From IMG/VR virus record IMGVR_UViG_3300045988_066710: a stretch of DNA of 64,000 bases. The stretch is one strand, 5' to 3'. Below the pieces are notes generated by a model. The model was not told the DNA's origin. It saw nothing but the letters and a program-made list of their open reading frames with translations, and did not search any database. Shown here piece after piece: positions 9,055-17,847 of the stretch. The DNA comes from a virus. A program made the translations under genes and the position numbers. Each line of letters starts with the position of its first letter. Position 1 is the first letter of the stretch.

Positions 9055-9443
9055 TTCTTAAAATGCTTATATATAATAATTATGAACATTAATAAAGAGA
9101 ATAAACCTATATACATTAATATTTTCTGTACTACATTTAATTGATTTTTTACTTTAATTTCTGTTACTTTCTGTAATTTAATTATAGTATCAGTCTCATT
9201 AACTATTATAGTATCTTTCAAGTATTTATATTTATATCTGTAAGCTACTTTATTATTATATATAGTATCTCCTTTCTGTATAATATAAACACTATCCTTT
9301 AAATAAATAGAATCATACTTAACTTTATCTATATATTTAATTTCAGTTTTTATCTGAGGTATAGGAACTTCTACTATTTTCTCCTTTACTTTGCAGGAGC
9401 CTAATAGTAAAGTCATGAATAATAAAAATAAAATCTTTCTCAT
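9051..9443 (-). CDS. lipoprotein with C-terminal transmembrane helix (unimolecular-spanin-like architecture)
   Basis: Signal peptide with lipobox MTLLLGSC, plus a C-terminal transmembrane segment ILMYIGLFSLLMFIIIIY. Confidence 0.5.
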   Translation of the reverse strand: MRKILFLLFMTLLLGSCKVKEKIVEVPIPQIKTEIKYIDKVKYDSIYLKDSVYIIQKGDTIYNNKVAYRYKYKYLKDTIIVNETDTIIKLQKVTEIKVKNQLNVVQKILMYIGLFSLLMFIIIIYKHFKK

Positions 9444-9463
9444 ATTTTAAGTCTTTAATAATG

Positions 9464-9473
9464 TGCAAAGATA
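9464..9473 (-). promoter_or_regulatory. Bacteroidota-type -7 promoter box
   Basis: Reverse complement is TATCTTTGCA. It lies 21 nt upstream of the ATG at 9443. Confidence 0.6.
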
Positions 9474-9516
9474 ATACAAAAAAATCTCTTATGCAAGAAC
9501 ATAAGAGATTTAATTA

Positions 9517-9927
9517 TTAAAGCTTAAAATAATCTTTTACTTTATTTCCAGTATAATCTTCATCCATAAACCAGAATACCATAGCTGATTTAATTATCTT
9601 ATCATCTATATCATTAAACCACTTATGAAATAGTGTAGAATAATCATGATATTGTGCATTAATTGCTACATAAACATCATCACAAGTATACTTAGTATCT
9701 ATAGAACTTTTATACTTATTATATATGTCTTTAGCTGTAGCTAAATCATATTTTTCACCTTCATATTTTCTACCATCATTATAATGATACATAGATTTTA
9801 CTTTATCAATAACTTTGGTCCTATAAGGGGAAATAGGTTCTTCAATATTAACCTCTCTCATTAAATCTTCTTTATCTGATGCTGAAATAAGACCTCTTCT
9901 ATATAGTATATCAAGTAGTTTTTCCAT
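9517..9927 (-). CDS. hypothetical protein (136 aa)
   Basis: ORF in the late arm. No motif recognised. Confidence 0.5.
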   Translation of the reverse strand: MEKLLDILYRRGLISASDKEDLMREVNIEEPISPYRTKVIDKVKSMYHYNDGRKYEGEKYDLATAKDIYNKYKSSIDTKYTCDDVYVAINAQYHDYSTLFHKWFNDIDDKIIKSAMVFWFMDEDYTGNKVKDYFKL

Positions 9928-9931
9928 AGTA

Positions 9932-10276
9932 TTAATTATTAAACATTGATTTCAGTAAATCAATATCACTGGTAGTAAGTGATATTTTCTGATTAAATAA
10001 AGACATAGTAACTTTGCCATTACCTATATGGAATATACTATAGTCAAACTCATTACTATCTACTAAGCTAGTAGTCATTTCTTCTAATAAACCTATTACA
10101 TCTATTTCATCATTATCATCTTTAATTAAATCTAAAAAACTATTTACTTTATTTATATTATTATCTATTATTCTTTTTATTATAGGTTTAAAGAAGCTTA
10201 TTATAGGAGTATTAATTGTATCTAATTGATTATTAATATACTGCTTTAATACAGTTATAACCTTTTCTTTTTTCAT
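9932..10276 (-). CDS. hypothetical protein (114 aa)
   Basis: ORF tightly packed with its neighbours. Confidence 0.5.
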   Translation of the reverse strand: MKKEKVITVLKQYINNQLDTINTPIISFFKPIIKRIIDNNINKVNSFLDLIKDDNDEIDVIGLLEEMTTSLVDSNEFDYSIFHIGNGKVTMSLFNQKISLTTSDIDLLKSMFNN

Positions 10277-10277
10277 A

Positions 10278-10718
10278 TTATTTACTCTTTAAAAATTCAT
10301 TATATGTTGCATTAGGATGAGTTTTACTATATTCTTTAAACTCATTAAATAAATCTAATTCTCTAGTATCCTCTTCAACTATCTTAGCTTTTAACTTACC
10401 TATTAACTCTAGTTGCTTGCTGAGTAATTCTTTATTATTAGTTTCTACTTTTGATTTTACAAGTTTAACTAATTCACTCCATACTAAACCTTGTAATTTA
10501 GTATTTACTTCTGCATACTCTTTATTCTGTAACATCTTATTCTGCTGTATAGGAGTAAGAGTATTAATTTCAGAATCTATCTTATCCCATAAAGGAGTAC
10601 CTTCATTCTGCTTTAACTGCATTAATCTTTGCTGATACTCTTTAGATTTAGCTATCTGTGTATCTAAATCATCAAGATAAGGATTACTACCTAATATAAA
10701 TTGATTTACTGGATTCAT
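10278..10718 (-). CDS. hypothetical coiled-coil protein (146 aa)
   Basis: ORF with heptad-like, Lys/Glu/Leu-rich sequence. Confidence 0.5.
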   Translation of the reverse strand: MNPVNQFILGSNPYLDDLDTQIAKSKEYQQRLMQLKQNEGTPLWDKIDSEINTLTPIQQNKMLQNKEYAEVNTKLQGLVWSELVKLVKSKVETNNKELLSKQLELIGKLKAKIVEEDTRELDLFNEFKEYSKTHPNATYNEFLKSK

Positions 10719-10738
10719 AATTAATTATTTTAAAGGTT

Positions 10739-10765
10739 AAAAGTAGGTAGTATAAACTACCTACT
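10739..10765 (-). terminator. intrinsic terminator
   Basis: Stem AGTAGGTAG(10742-10750)/CTACCTACT(10757-10765). The minus strand reads TTTT after the hairpin. It lies 10 nt after the stop at 10775. Confidence 0.55.
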
Positions 10766-10774
10766 TATTTATAT

Positions 10775-11518
10775 TTATCTAATACAAGTACAACCACATA
10801 ATGGGTTATAAGTACTAGCCTTAGTTGTAGTAGTACCTGTAGTAACATCTGCAATAGATACAGGATAGAATGTACTATTTACATAGTTTACAATCTTATT
10901 ATCTGCACATTGTCTTCTCTCTCTTTCGAGAGCTACAAGATTCTCAGCATTAGCATTAACACCATTAATCTGCATAGATAATACCTTATCTCTCCACTTA
11001 TCAGCTTCTGCATTAACTGCTAACTTGGTTTCAATATCAGAAATTCTCTTTTCTACTGCATCTTTAGAATCTCTATTATACTTATACAAACCAAATGCAG
11101 CTTCATTTAACTTAGCTAAGATATTATCATCACTATCTCTATAACCTTTGTAGAGTCTAAAATCAGCCTCTATCTGTCCCTTATAGGAGCTGAATTTCTC
11201 AGCTACATCAATTTCTCTAGCATTCTTAGCATTCTCCATAGTATTTAACTTCAATGCCCACATTTCATTGGTAAGATTTAAATCATCCTGCCATTCCTTA
11301 GTAATAGCATCATAGACTGTAGGACCAGCATTAGTATTAATACCACCATTGATATTAACATTTTCTGGCATAGATACTGTACTCTTAGTACCAAATAAAT
11401 TACCTAAACCATTACCATTAAGTAAAGATAAAGCAGTGCCTGCTATACCAAAACCTAATGCAGTACCAGCTAAACTCTTAGAAGCATACTCTTTTTTGTT
11501 TTCATCATGTATTTCCAT
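10775..11518 (-). CDS. hypothetical protein with Gly-rich hydrophobic N-terminus (247 aa)
   Basis: GTALGFGIAGTALSLLNGNGLGNLFG segment, a coiled-coil-like middle and a Cys-rich end (NPLCGCTCIR). Has its own promoter and terminator. Confidence 0.55.
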   Translation of the reverse strand: MEIHDENKKEYASKSLAGTALGFGIAGTALSLLNGNGLGNLFGTKSTVSMPENVNINGGINTNAGPTVYDAITKEWQDDLNLTNEMWALKLNTMENAKNAREIDVAEKFSSYKGQIEADFRLYKGYRDSDDNILAKLNEAAFGLYKYNRDSKDAVEKRISDIETKLAVNAEADKWRDKVLSMQINGVNANAENLVALERERRQCADNKIVNYVNSTFYPVSIADVTTGTTTTKASTYNPLCGCTCIR

Positions 11519-11553
11519 AGTATTAAATTTTAAAGGTTAAACATTTAAACTGC

Positions 11554-11563
11554 TGCAAAGATA
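11554..11563 (-). promoter_or_regulatory. Bacteroidota-type -7 promoter box
   Basis: Reverse complement is TATCTTTGCA. It lies 36 nt upstream of the ATG at 11518. The extended match aactgctgcaaagata is shared with the box at 23354. Confidence 0.55.
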
Positions 11564-11618
11564 CAAAGAAAAAGGATGCTAACAAAATCTTTTCAGATTT
11601 GTCAACATCCTTGTTATA

Positions 11619-11927
11619 TTAGCAATTCTCTTTAATATATTTATCTAATTCTTCTATAGACCATTTTCTAACATCACCTGCTTTCTTAGTACCTTCACTA
11701 ATTAAACCTTTTCTTCTAAGCATATTAAATTTAGTTTTACTTACTCTTAAATGTCTACAAGCTTCTAATCTAGTAAGTTTATTAGATATTTTAGGTTTAT
11801 TATATCTAGATACTAATTCACCTATAGCACTAGCAATTTCAATAGTTTGAGATTCATCAATATTAGAATTACCTGAATCTATATCATTTACTATTTTCAT
11901 CAATAAGTCTCTTAATTCCTTCAACAT
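11619..11927 (-). CDS. HTH DNA-binding protein (Xis/AlpA/MerR-like helix-turn-helix)
   Basis: LTRLEACRHLRVSKTKFNMLRRKGLI....RKWSIEELDKYI matches the HTH_17/excisionase-type pattern. Confidence 0.5.
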   Translation of the reverse strand: MLKELRDLLMKIVNDIDSGNSNIDESQTIEIASAIGELVSRYNKPKISNKLTRLEACRHLRVSKTKFNMLRRKGLISEGTKKAGDVRKWSIEELDKYIKENC

Positions 11928-12070
11928 ATGTAATTCTTAATTTAATACTTGTAACTATTAATAATATAAAACCTAAATATAACATACTTATTCTAAAGAA
12001 TTCCAATAAATCTCTTAAACCTATAAATCTATGAATAGTCATAAGTTATAATTCTACTAGTACATAAATA

Positions 12071-12430
12071 TTATTTTCTTTTTAAATAAAAGTATAATAT
12101 TAAAAATAAACTTATTCCTGCTACTATCATTTGTAAACATAGATATTCTAAATCATTAATAGGTATTCCTATGTATAAATCTATTATATTTATAATCCAA
12201 GTAACTACTATATAATGTAGGAACATTCTATGATACTCACAGAATTTAAAAGTATAAGAAGTTATATAAATAAACAGTATAGGAATTAAAGATACTCCTC
12301 CTATATAACTTAATATTACTAAGTCTATATTAAAGTAAGATAATATAGAATTTAATAGTGTAATAAAAGCTAATAGCATTGGAAGTATCTTTAATACTAT
12401 TACTGTTATCTTATAAAGTAATTTATCCAT
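12071..12430 (-). CDS. multi-pass membrane protein (119 aa)
   Basis: Three to four hydrophobic helices. Confidence 0.5.
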   Translation of the reverse strand: MDKLLYKITVIVLKILPMLLAFITLLNSILSYFNIDLVILSYIGGVSLIPILFIYITSYTFKFCEYHRMFLHYIVVTWIINIIDLYIGIPINDLEYLCLQMIVAGISLFLILYFYLKRK

Positions 12431-12534
12431 TACTTCTTTTTCTTAAGTTTACCACCACAAGCATATCTTCTTGAGGTTTTAGTAACTCCTGCTTTAGGAG
12501 TTACTGGTTTTGCTCTACCAGTACTTTTTCTCAT
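12430..12534 (-). CDS. small highly basic protein (34 aa)
   Basis: Hand translation gives MRKSTGRAKPVTPKAGVTKTSRRYACGGKLKKKK*. Its stop overlaps the downstream ATG (TAATG). Confidence 0.35.
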   Translation of the reverse strand: MRKSTGRAKPVTPKAGVTKTSRRYACGGKLKKKK

Positions 12535-12564
12535 AATAGTGTATTTTAAAATTTTAAAATTATT

Positions 12565-12951
12565 TTAGGTTTTTGCAACCAAAAGTTTATCATTATCTAT
12601 CTTAATTAAGTATGTATAGTTTCCTGCCATAAAAGATTCAAGGTTCTCAAAAATTGGACCATTTGATGTTCCTTTGATTTTATACAGGTAACTAGTATCG
12701 TCACTGTCCTTGCAATAAATGTTAGTTCCTATCATTAATCCTGTAGTGACTATCTCCAGGATACCTCCTTTCGATGCCTTTTGAAACCAATTATATACGT
12801 TGATATTACCTGCTATATCCAAGTTAACAATTTGATGATTTGCAACAAATGGAATGTTTTGATTTTGAGAACTTTTAACAATAGCTGTGCCAAAACTTGC
12901 TTTTATTTTTGTTAAAAAATGGTTTAGTCCATTTAAATCTAAAAACTTCAT
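12565..12951 (-). CDS. short fibre or receptor-binding protein sharing its N-terminal module with 12976..13926
   Basis: The N-terminus MKFLDLNGLNHFLTKIKASF is nearly identical to the start of the neighbouring gene. Confidence 0.45.
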   Translation of the reverse strand: MKFLDLNGLNHFLTKIKASFGTAIVKSSQNQNIPFVANHQIVNLDIAGNINVYNWFQKASKGGILEIVTTGLMIGTNIYCKDSDDTSYLYKIKGTSNGPIFENLESFMAGNYTYLIKIDNDKLLVAKT

Positions 12952-12975
12952 ATTAATTAATTTTTAAAATTATTA

Positions 12976-13926
12976 TTAAGCAAATAATGCATCAATTTCT
13001 GCTGTAGTTATTGCAGAATCTGCTGTAGCATTAGAAGTTATTCCATCAAGCTTAACTTTATCTTTTGTCGTCATAATACCAGCCTTAGTACTTGTGGCTG
13101 GGTCTAGAGAAGGCCAATCTATTTCCGAACCACTTATAGCCCTGAGTACAAACTGTATATCATTTGCGGAAGGAGTAATCTCTAAACTAGTAGCTGCATC
13201 AGTCTTTTTAGCATACTCTGCAAGACTTTGATGACTAGTAAGATAAGTACCTAGATTAACAGCTGCGCCTCCACTAGCTGCAATAGTTTTAGTAACACCA
13301 TTAATTATTACACTATGAGTATGGCTAGTAGAAGATTTTCCATTAGCAATACTATCAACTTGACTCTTAGTATAATAATTTGCAAGGTCTACTGTAGCAC
13401 GGAAGTCTCCAAGTTTCTCCCATTTTGAAGCATCATAAGTCGCACTGGTATCACCAGTATAAATATATTCCTCATATTTATTCTGTGTAACACTACTAGC
13501 ATCTTTAATAAGATAAATATGCTTCTTAATATTAGTTGTAGGAAGAGCAGTTACTACTTCTGCAACTGTAGTATCAAGATTACCTAATTGGGCTAATGGA
13601 ACATTGCCATTTGAATCAAGTCCTGCAATACCATTGTTAGCATTCAAAGTTTTCACACTTCCGTCTGCCATCAACACTTGGGTTGCAGTGCCTCCAGTCA
13701 TCACTATTCTTTCAGCACTTATTCCATTTTCATCAACATTGAAAATGCTTATAGATTCATTTTCATTACCTGTTTTTGATACATCTAGTTGTTCACCATT
13801 AATTATATAATGTAAACCACTTTTAGGACTAATTTCACCACCTTCGTTACTAAAAAAATTAGAATTAGACCAGTCCTTAATCTTACTCCAAAAATGAGTT
13901 AAACCATTTAAATCTAAAAATTTCAT
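12976..13926 (-). CDS. tail fibre protein
   Basis: N-terminus MKFLDLNGLTHFWSKIKDWS. Gly/Thr/Ser/Ala-rich fibre-like sequence. AGIMTTKDKVKLDGI is a fibre-repeat-like motif. Confidence 0.55.
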   Translation of the reverse strand: MKFLDLNGLTHFWSKIKDWSNSNFFSNEGGEISPKSGLHYIINGEQLDVSKTGNENESISIFNVDENGISAERIVMTGGTATQVLMADGSVKTLNANNGIAGLDSNGNVPLAQLGNLDTTVAEVVTALPTTNIKKHIYLIKDASSVTQNKYEEYIYTGDTSATYDASKWEKLGDFRATVDLANYYTKSQVDSIANGKSSTSHTHSVIINGVTKTIAASGGAAVNLGTYLTSHQSLAEYAKKTDAATSLEITPSANDIQFVLRAISGSEIDWPSLDPATSTKAGIMTTKDKVKLDGITSNATADSAITTAEIDALFA

Positions 13927-13944
13927 ATATATATTAATTAAAAA

Positions 13945-14394
13945 TTATTCAAATAAATTATCTATTTCTATATTAGTAATAGAAATAAGTGTTTCCATTA
14001 AATACTTTTCAAAGTCTAAATTAAACCATTTATCCTTCTCAGAAAACTCTTCTAGAATTCCTCTAAATTGATAAAATTGCCAATTACCATTTACATCTTG
14101 AAAAGTAATAAATAAACCCTCTCTTCTTTGTAATTCAGGTACTAAATTAATAGCTTCTGATAAAGAAATATAATGTTCATCATACTTATTACTAATATTA
14201 ATTATATCTTTATCTCCTAAAGATATTTGTTCAAGAAAATCTACAATTTTAATTTTCTTATTTTTACCATTTTGTACTATGGATATAATATCATTAGGAG
14301 TAACAGGCTCTGCATTAGGTAACTCACTGTCTTTTACACTAATTTTAAATAGAGCTTGTTGTATTTTTAGAATATCTTCCCTTGTAAAAAACAT
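13945..14394 (-). CDS. hypothetical protein (149 aa)
   Basis: ORF in the fibre region. Confidence 0.5.
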   Translation of the reverse strand: MFFTREDILKIQQALFKISVKDSELPNAEPVTPNDIISIVQNGKNKKIKIVDFLEQISLGDKDIINISNKYDEHYISLSEAINLVPELQRREGLFITFQDVNGNWQFYQFRGILEEFSEKDKWFNLDFEKYLMETLISITNIEIDNLFE

Positions 14395-14396
14395 AC

Positions 14397-14636
14397 TTAT
14401 ACTTTTCTAAATTGTTCATTAAAATCTGTTATTCTAAGACCACTGAAGTCAATATGGTCTATATCATATATACCTATATTTCTCCAAGCAGATATACACT
14501 TATTATATACTTTTATATTATTATGATATATCCATAGTAAAGACGTATCTATTGGTGCTTGTTCACTTTTAGAATATTCTAATTTATCTATCTTGGAAGA
14601 AATAAAAGCATCTAGTTTTTTATCTTCTGTATACAT
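14397..14636 (-). CDS. hypothetical protein (79 aa)
   Basis: ORF with 1-2 nt spacing to its neighbours. Confidence 0.45.
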   Translation of the reverse strand: MYTEDKKLDAFISSKIDKLEYSKSEQAPIDTSLLWIYHNNIKVYNKCISAWRNIGIYDIDHIDFSGLRITDFNEQFRKV

Positions 14637-14637
14637 A

Positions 14638-15366
14638 TTATGCTTGTATTAAACCACTAGTTCTAAATTGTGCTAATAAATTATTTACTACTCTAGCTAC
14701 TTGACCAATAGTAGCAGTATCTGCATCTAAGTCTGCTATATTAGTGATAGCTTTAACTCCACCTAAAATATTCTTAGTAGCAGTTGGTAATGTATAATTT
14801 TGCAGATTAGCTAATTTATTCTTTTCTGCTGTAGTATAATCATTACTAGATAATTGTTTACCTTCAACTTTATCTACTTTATTGTTTAATTCACTGGTAA
14901 AATCCTTTAAAGTAAATTCTTCTCCCTTAATAACCTCTCCATCTTTACTTATAGTATATTTAACTGCATGACCTTCACTTGTTATAATAAGTGCTGTACC
15001 TCCTGTAGCAGGAAGCCAAGAAGCAGTACCATATCCATAATTAATATCTGTAAAGAAAGTATGGTCATTAGTTTGAATAGATTGAAGTTTCTTTAAATTA
15101 TTAGCTTTAATTTCATTACTATCTCCTATTTCTAATTCTACTACATCTTGTTTTGAACCAAGTATAGATAGGTCTTTTTTAACTTCTCCCATTTCTTTAT
15201 CTAATGAATCTACCTTTTCTTCAAGTTCTTTCCTATCTTCATTAGATTCTCCTAAAGTAGTCCAAGTACCATTATTATAATATTTAGCAGTATTACCATA
15301 TACCCAAACAACATTATTATCATTAGGCATATCAGACTGTACTACAAGTTGATTTATTATTTTCAT
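14638..15366 (-). CDS. fibre protein (head- or tail-fibre type)
   Basis: Carries the SNDYTTAEKNKLANL motif typical of phage fibre repeats, plus a coiled-coil segment. It overlaps the end of the portal gene. Confidence 0.5.
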   Translation of the reverse strand: MKIINQLVVQSDMPNDNNVVWVYGNTAKYYNNGTWTTLGESNEDRKELEEKVDSLDKEMGEVKKDLSILGSKQDVVELEIGDSNEIKANNLKKLQSIQTNDHTFFTDINYGYGTASWLPATGGTALIITSEGHAVKYTISKDGEVIKGEEFTLKDFTSELNNKVDKVEGKQLSSNDYTTAEKNKLANLQNYTLPTATKNILGGVKAITNIADLDADTATIGQVARVVNNLLAQFRTSGLIQA

Positions 15367-17747
15367 TGTTTATTATTTACTTGTTTATGAATTTGTTGTC
15401 TTTTAATTGATAATTCTTTATCAAGTTTTTCTTTTAAAAAATTAAGATTTGTATCAAATTGTCTCTTATTTTCATCAAGTTTAGCTTGTTCCATAGAATT
15501 ATCAGGTTCCTCTATAGGAGTATCTTTAGAAGCTGCATTAATCTGAGCAACTAATATCTTAGTTTCATTATTCTCTTGATTTATCTTATATTCCTGTTCT
15601 CTTTGAAGTTGTTCACTCTCAGCCTTCTGTTGTAAAGCAGCTTGAGCTTGTTGTGCTTCCTGTTGTTGAGATTGTTGTAATTGCTGTAATTTGGCATTCT
15701 CATCTTTCTTAACCATATTAATCTTTTCAGCAAGAGAAGCAGTACCAAATAATTGCATAATAGTAGAGAATGATAATGCCTGATTCTGTAAAGCTGCTTG
15801 AGCTAATGTTTCTATCTGTTGATTTAACTTTTGAGAAGCTTCACTATTATCTACTACTAGACCATAGTCACATTCTGCAAATTCATCACCATCTATTTCT
15901 AACATCTTTAAAGCACCATCAGGTAATATATATTGGAATTTCTTCTTATTACCTTTCATAGCTATTTTAGCTGTTTCAATAAAAGCTTCAAGAACTCTTT
16001 TCTTTAAGTTTTCATGAGTAACAAATAACCATTCAGTAATATGTGAAGATTGTAATGTTGCTCTTTCAACTCCACCTACAGTTTCTCTATTACTAACTTG
16101 ACCTTCTCTTTGAGGAGAAATACCTGCTACTTCTGACATTTCATTTTTAATAAAGGTAAGTAATTCTACATAAGATTGTATCTGATTAGCATCACTTGCA
16201 GATATAACTCCATTTGAAGCATTATTCATAGCTCCTGCAAGCTTTCCTGTAGCAGCACCTACATTACCTTCATTAAAAGAATCTTGAACATATAATCCTA
16301 AAGTCTTAGCAAAATACATCCATTTATCCATTCCCCAATTCTTAGGTTTCTTAGAGAAATCAAAGCTAACTAAAGTACCCCAGTTTCTAGCAATTAATTT
16401 ATTTAATCTATCATGAATAACATCATATAAATAGTTATATGGTTTCATCATATCAACTAAACTGAAAGGCTTATTATCATTAAGATTATATAAAGAACCT
16501 ATAATACCAAAATGACATTTTGAAGGATTCATTAAACTATTATATTGTACAACACAAGGTCTCATATTAACATAGATATTCTCACCTATCTTAGTACCTT
16601 CCCATGCCTGATTAATATAATAAGTTTCTTCTTCTTCACCTAAGTTTTCATTAATTACATAATCTTCTGAATAGAAATTATATTGAGGTTCACCATCTTC
16701 ATCATAAGATTTTACTTTCTTAATTTTTCTTTTAGATTTCCAATATACCCTAAGTACTTTAATATTACCTGCCATATCATAAGGCATAAGGCTTTCTGTA
16801 TATCCATCTGTGATAGAACTAAAGAAACCTTCTTGGCTTACTTCTGCATTATTAACTTCAATATTTTCATCTAAGAAATCAGCAGGTATCATAGTATATC
16901 TAGGGTCAACATTACTCATTTCATCTGTTTTACCTTCATCAATGCCTACTTTAAGATTCTCAATATAATCAATATCTTTTTTCTTTAATACATCATGGAA
17001 TGTATCTATTATTCTTCCAGGACTCCAATAATCTTCAAGAATAATAATATCTGCATCTTCTATTCTATTACTATATCCTGATTTGAGTATTCTTACTTTT
17101 AAAGGATTTAATCTTCTTACTACAGGTTCTCCCCCTTCAATACTACATTGATAAATTTCTTCACCTACAGTCATTGCATCTCTGAATCCCTCATTAAACA
17201 TTACTTTCATATCATATTGCTTGACATAATGATTAAGGATTAAATTTCCTCTTTGTTCTCTTGCATCCTGCCAATTATATGTAAAGTAATCATTAATTTT
17301 ATCTAATTCCTGACTAGCTTCTTCATCACTCATAGAATTATCAGTTATCCATTCCTGTAATCTCTGATTTAATTCTTTTTTCTTATTCTCTTCTATTTCA
17401 GAAATAGCAGTAGGATTAGTTACTATAACTCTATAATCAAATACTCTTTTTGATTCTTCTCCTTGAAGAACATTAAGTTTAGGAAGAAGAATACTATAAT
17501 GTTGTATTTTATTAGGTATATAATCTGCTTTAATATCATCTGGATTTAATATTAATTGCAAATCATTCATATGTAATTTACCTAATAATAAATCATAGTT
17601 AATCTTCTTATGAAGAACACTCTTTCTGCATAGAGAATAATGAGTGAATGATTTAGAATCAAAAAAATCTAGGCATTGCTTTCTCCACTTTTTAGTCTTT
17701 CTAGAAAATGGTAAAGCCTGTCTTGGAAAACTATTTATTTCACTCAT
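15363..17747 (-). CDS. portal protein
   Basis: 794 aa, immediately downstream of the large terminase. The Gln-rich coiled-coil C-terminus, size and position are typical of portals in crAss-like phages. Confidence 0.7.
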   Translation of the reverse strand: MSEINSFPRQALPFSRKTKKWRKQCLDFFDSKSFTHYSLCRKSVLHKKINYDLLLGKLHMNDLQLILNPDDIKADYIPNKIQHYSILLPKLNVLQGEESKRVFDYRVIVTNPTAISEIEENKKKELNQRLQEWITDNSMSDEEASQELDKINDYFTYNWQDAREQRGNLILNHYVKQYDMKVMFNEGFRDAMTVGEEIYQCSIEGGEPVVRRLNPLKVRILKSGYSNRIEDADIIILEDYWSPGRIIDTFHDVLKKKDIDYIENLKVGIDEGKTDEMSNVDPRYTMIPADFLDENIEVNNAEVSQEGFFSSITDGYTESLMPYDMAGNIKVLRVYWKSKRKIKKVKSYDEDGEPQYNFYSEDYVINENLGEEEETYYINQAWEGTKIGENIYVNMRPCVVQYNSLMNPSKCHFGIIGSLYNLNDNKPFSLVDMMKPYNYLYDVIHDRLNKLIARNWGTLVSFDFSKKPKNWGMDKWMYFAKTLGLYVQDSFNEGNVGAATGKLAGAMNNASNGVISASDANQIQSYVELLTFIKNEMSEVAGISPQREGQVSNRETVGGVERATLQSSHITEWLFVTHENLKKRVLEAFIETAKIAMKGNKKKFQYILPDGALKMLEIDGDEFAECDYGLVVDNSEASQKLNQQIETLAQAALQNQALSFSTIMQLFGTASLAEKINMVKKDENAKLQQLQQSQQQEAQQAQAALQQKAESEQLQREQEYKINQENNETKILVAQINAASKDTPIEEPDNSMEQAKLDENKRQFDTNLNFLKEKLDKELSIKRQQIHKQVNNKQ

Positions 17748-17769
17748 ATTATTATTAATTTAATTTGCT

Positions 17770-17779
17770 TGCAAAGATA
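17770..17779 (-). promoter_or_regulatory. Bacteroidota-type -7 promoter box
   Basis: Reverse complement is TATCTTTGCA. It lies 23 nt upstream of the portal ATG at 17747. Confidence 0.6.
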
Positions 17780-17847
17780 TATAAAAAAATCCACTTATAC
17801 CTATATATAAGTGGATTTCTTATTATTTTAATCTATTTTTACTAAAT

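Noticed and set aside
11619-11927. An excisionase-like HTH as evidence for a temperate lifestyle.
   Set aside because: No integrase, repressor/Cro pair or att-like repeat is visible in the window. A lone HTH is insufficient evidence.
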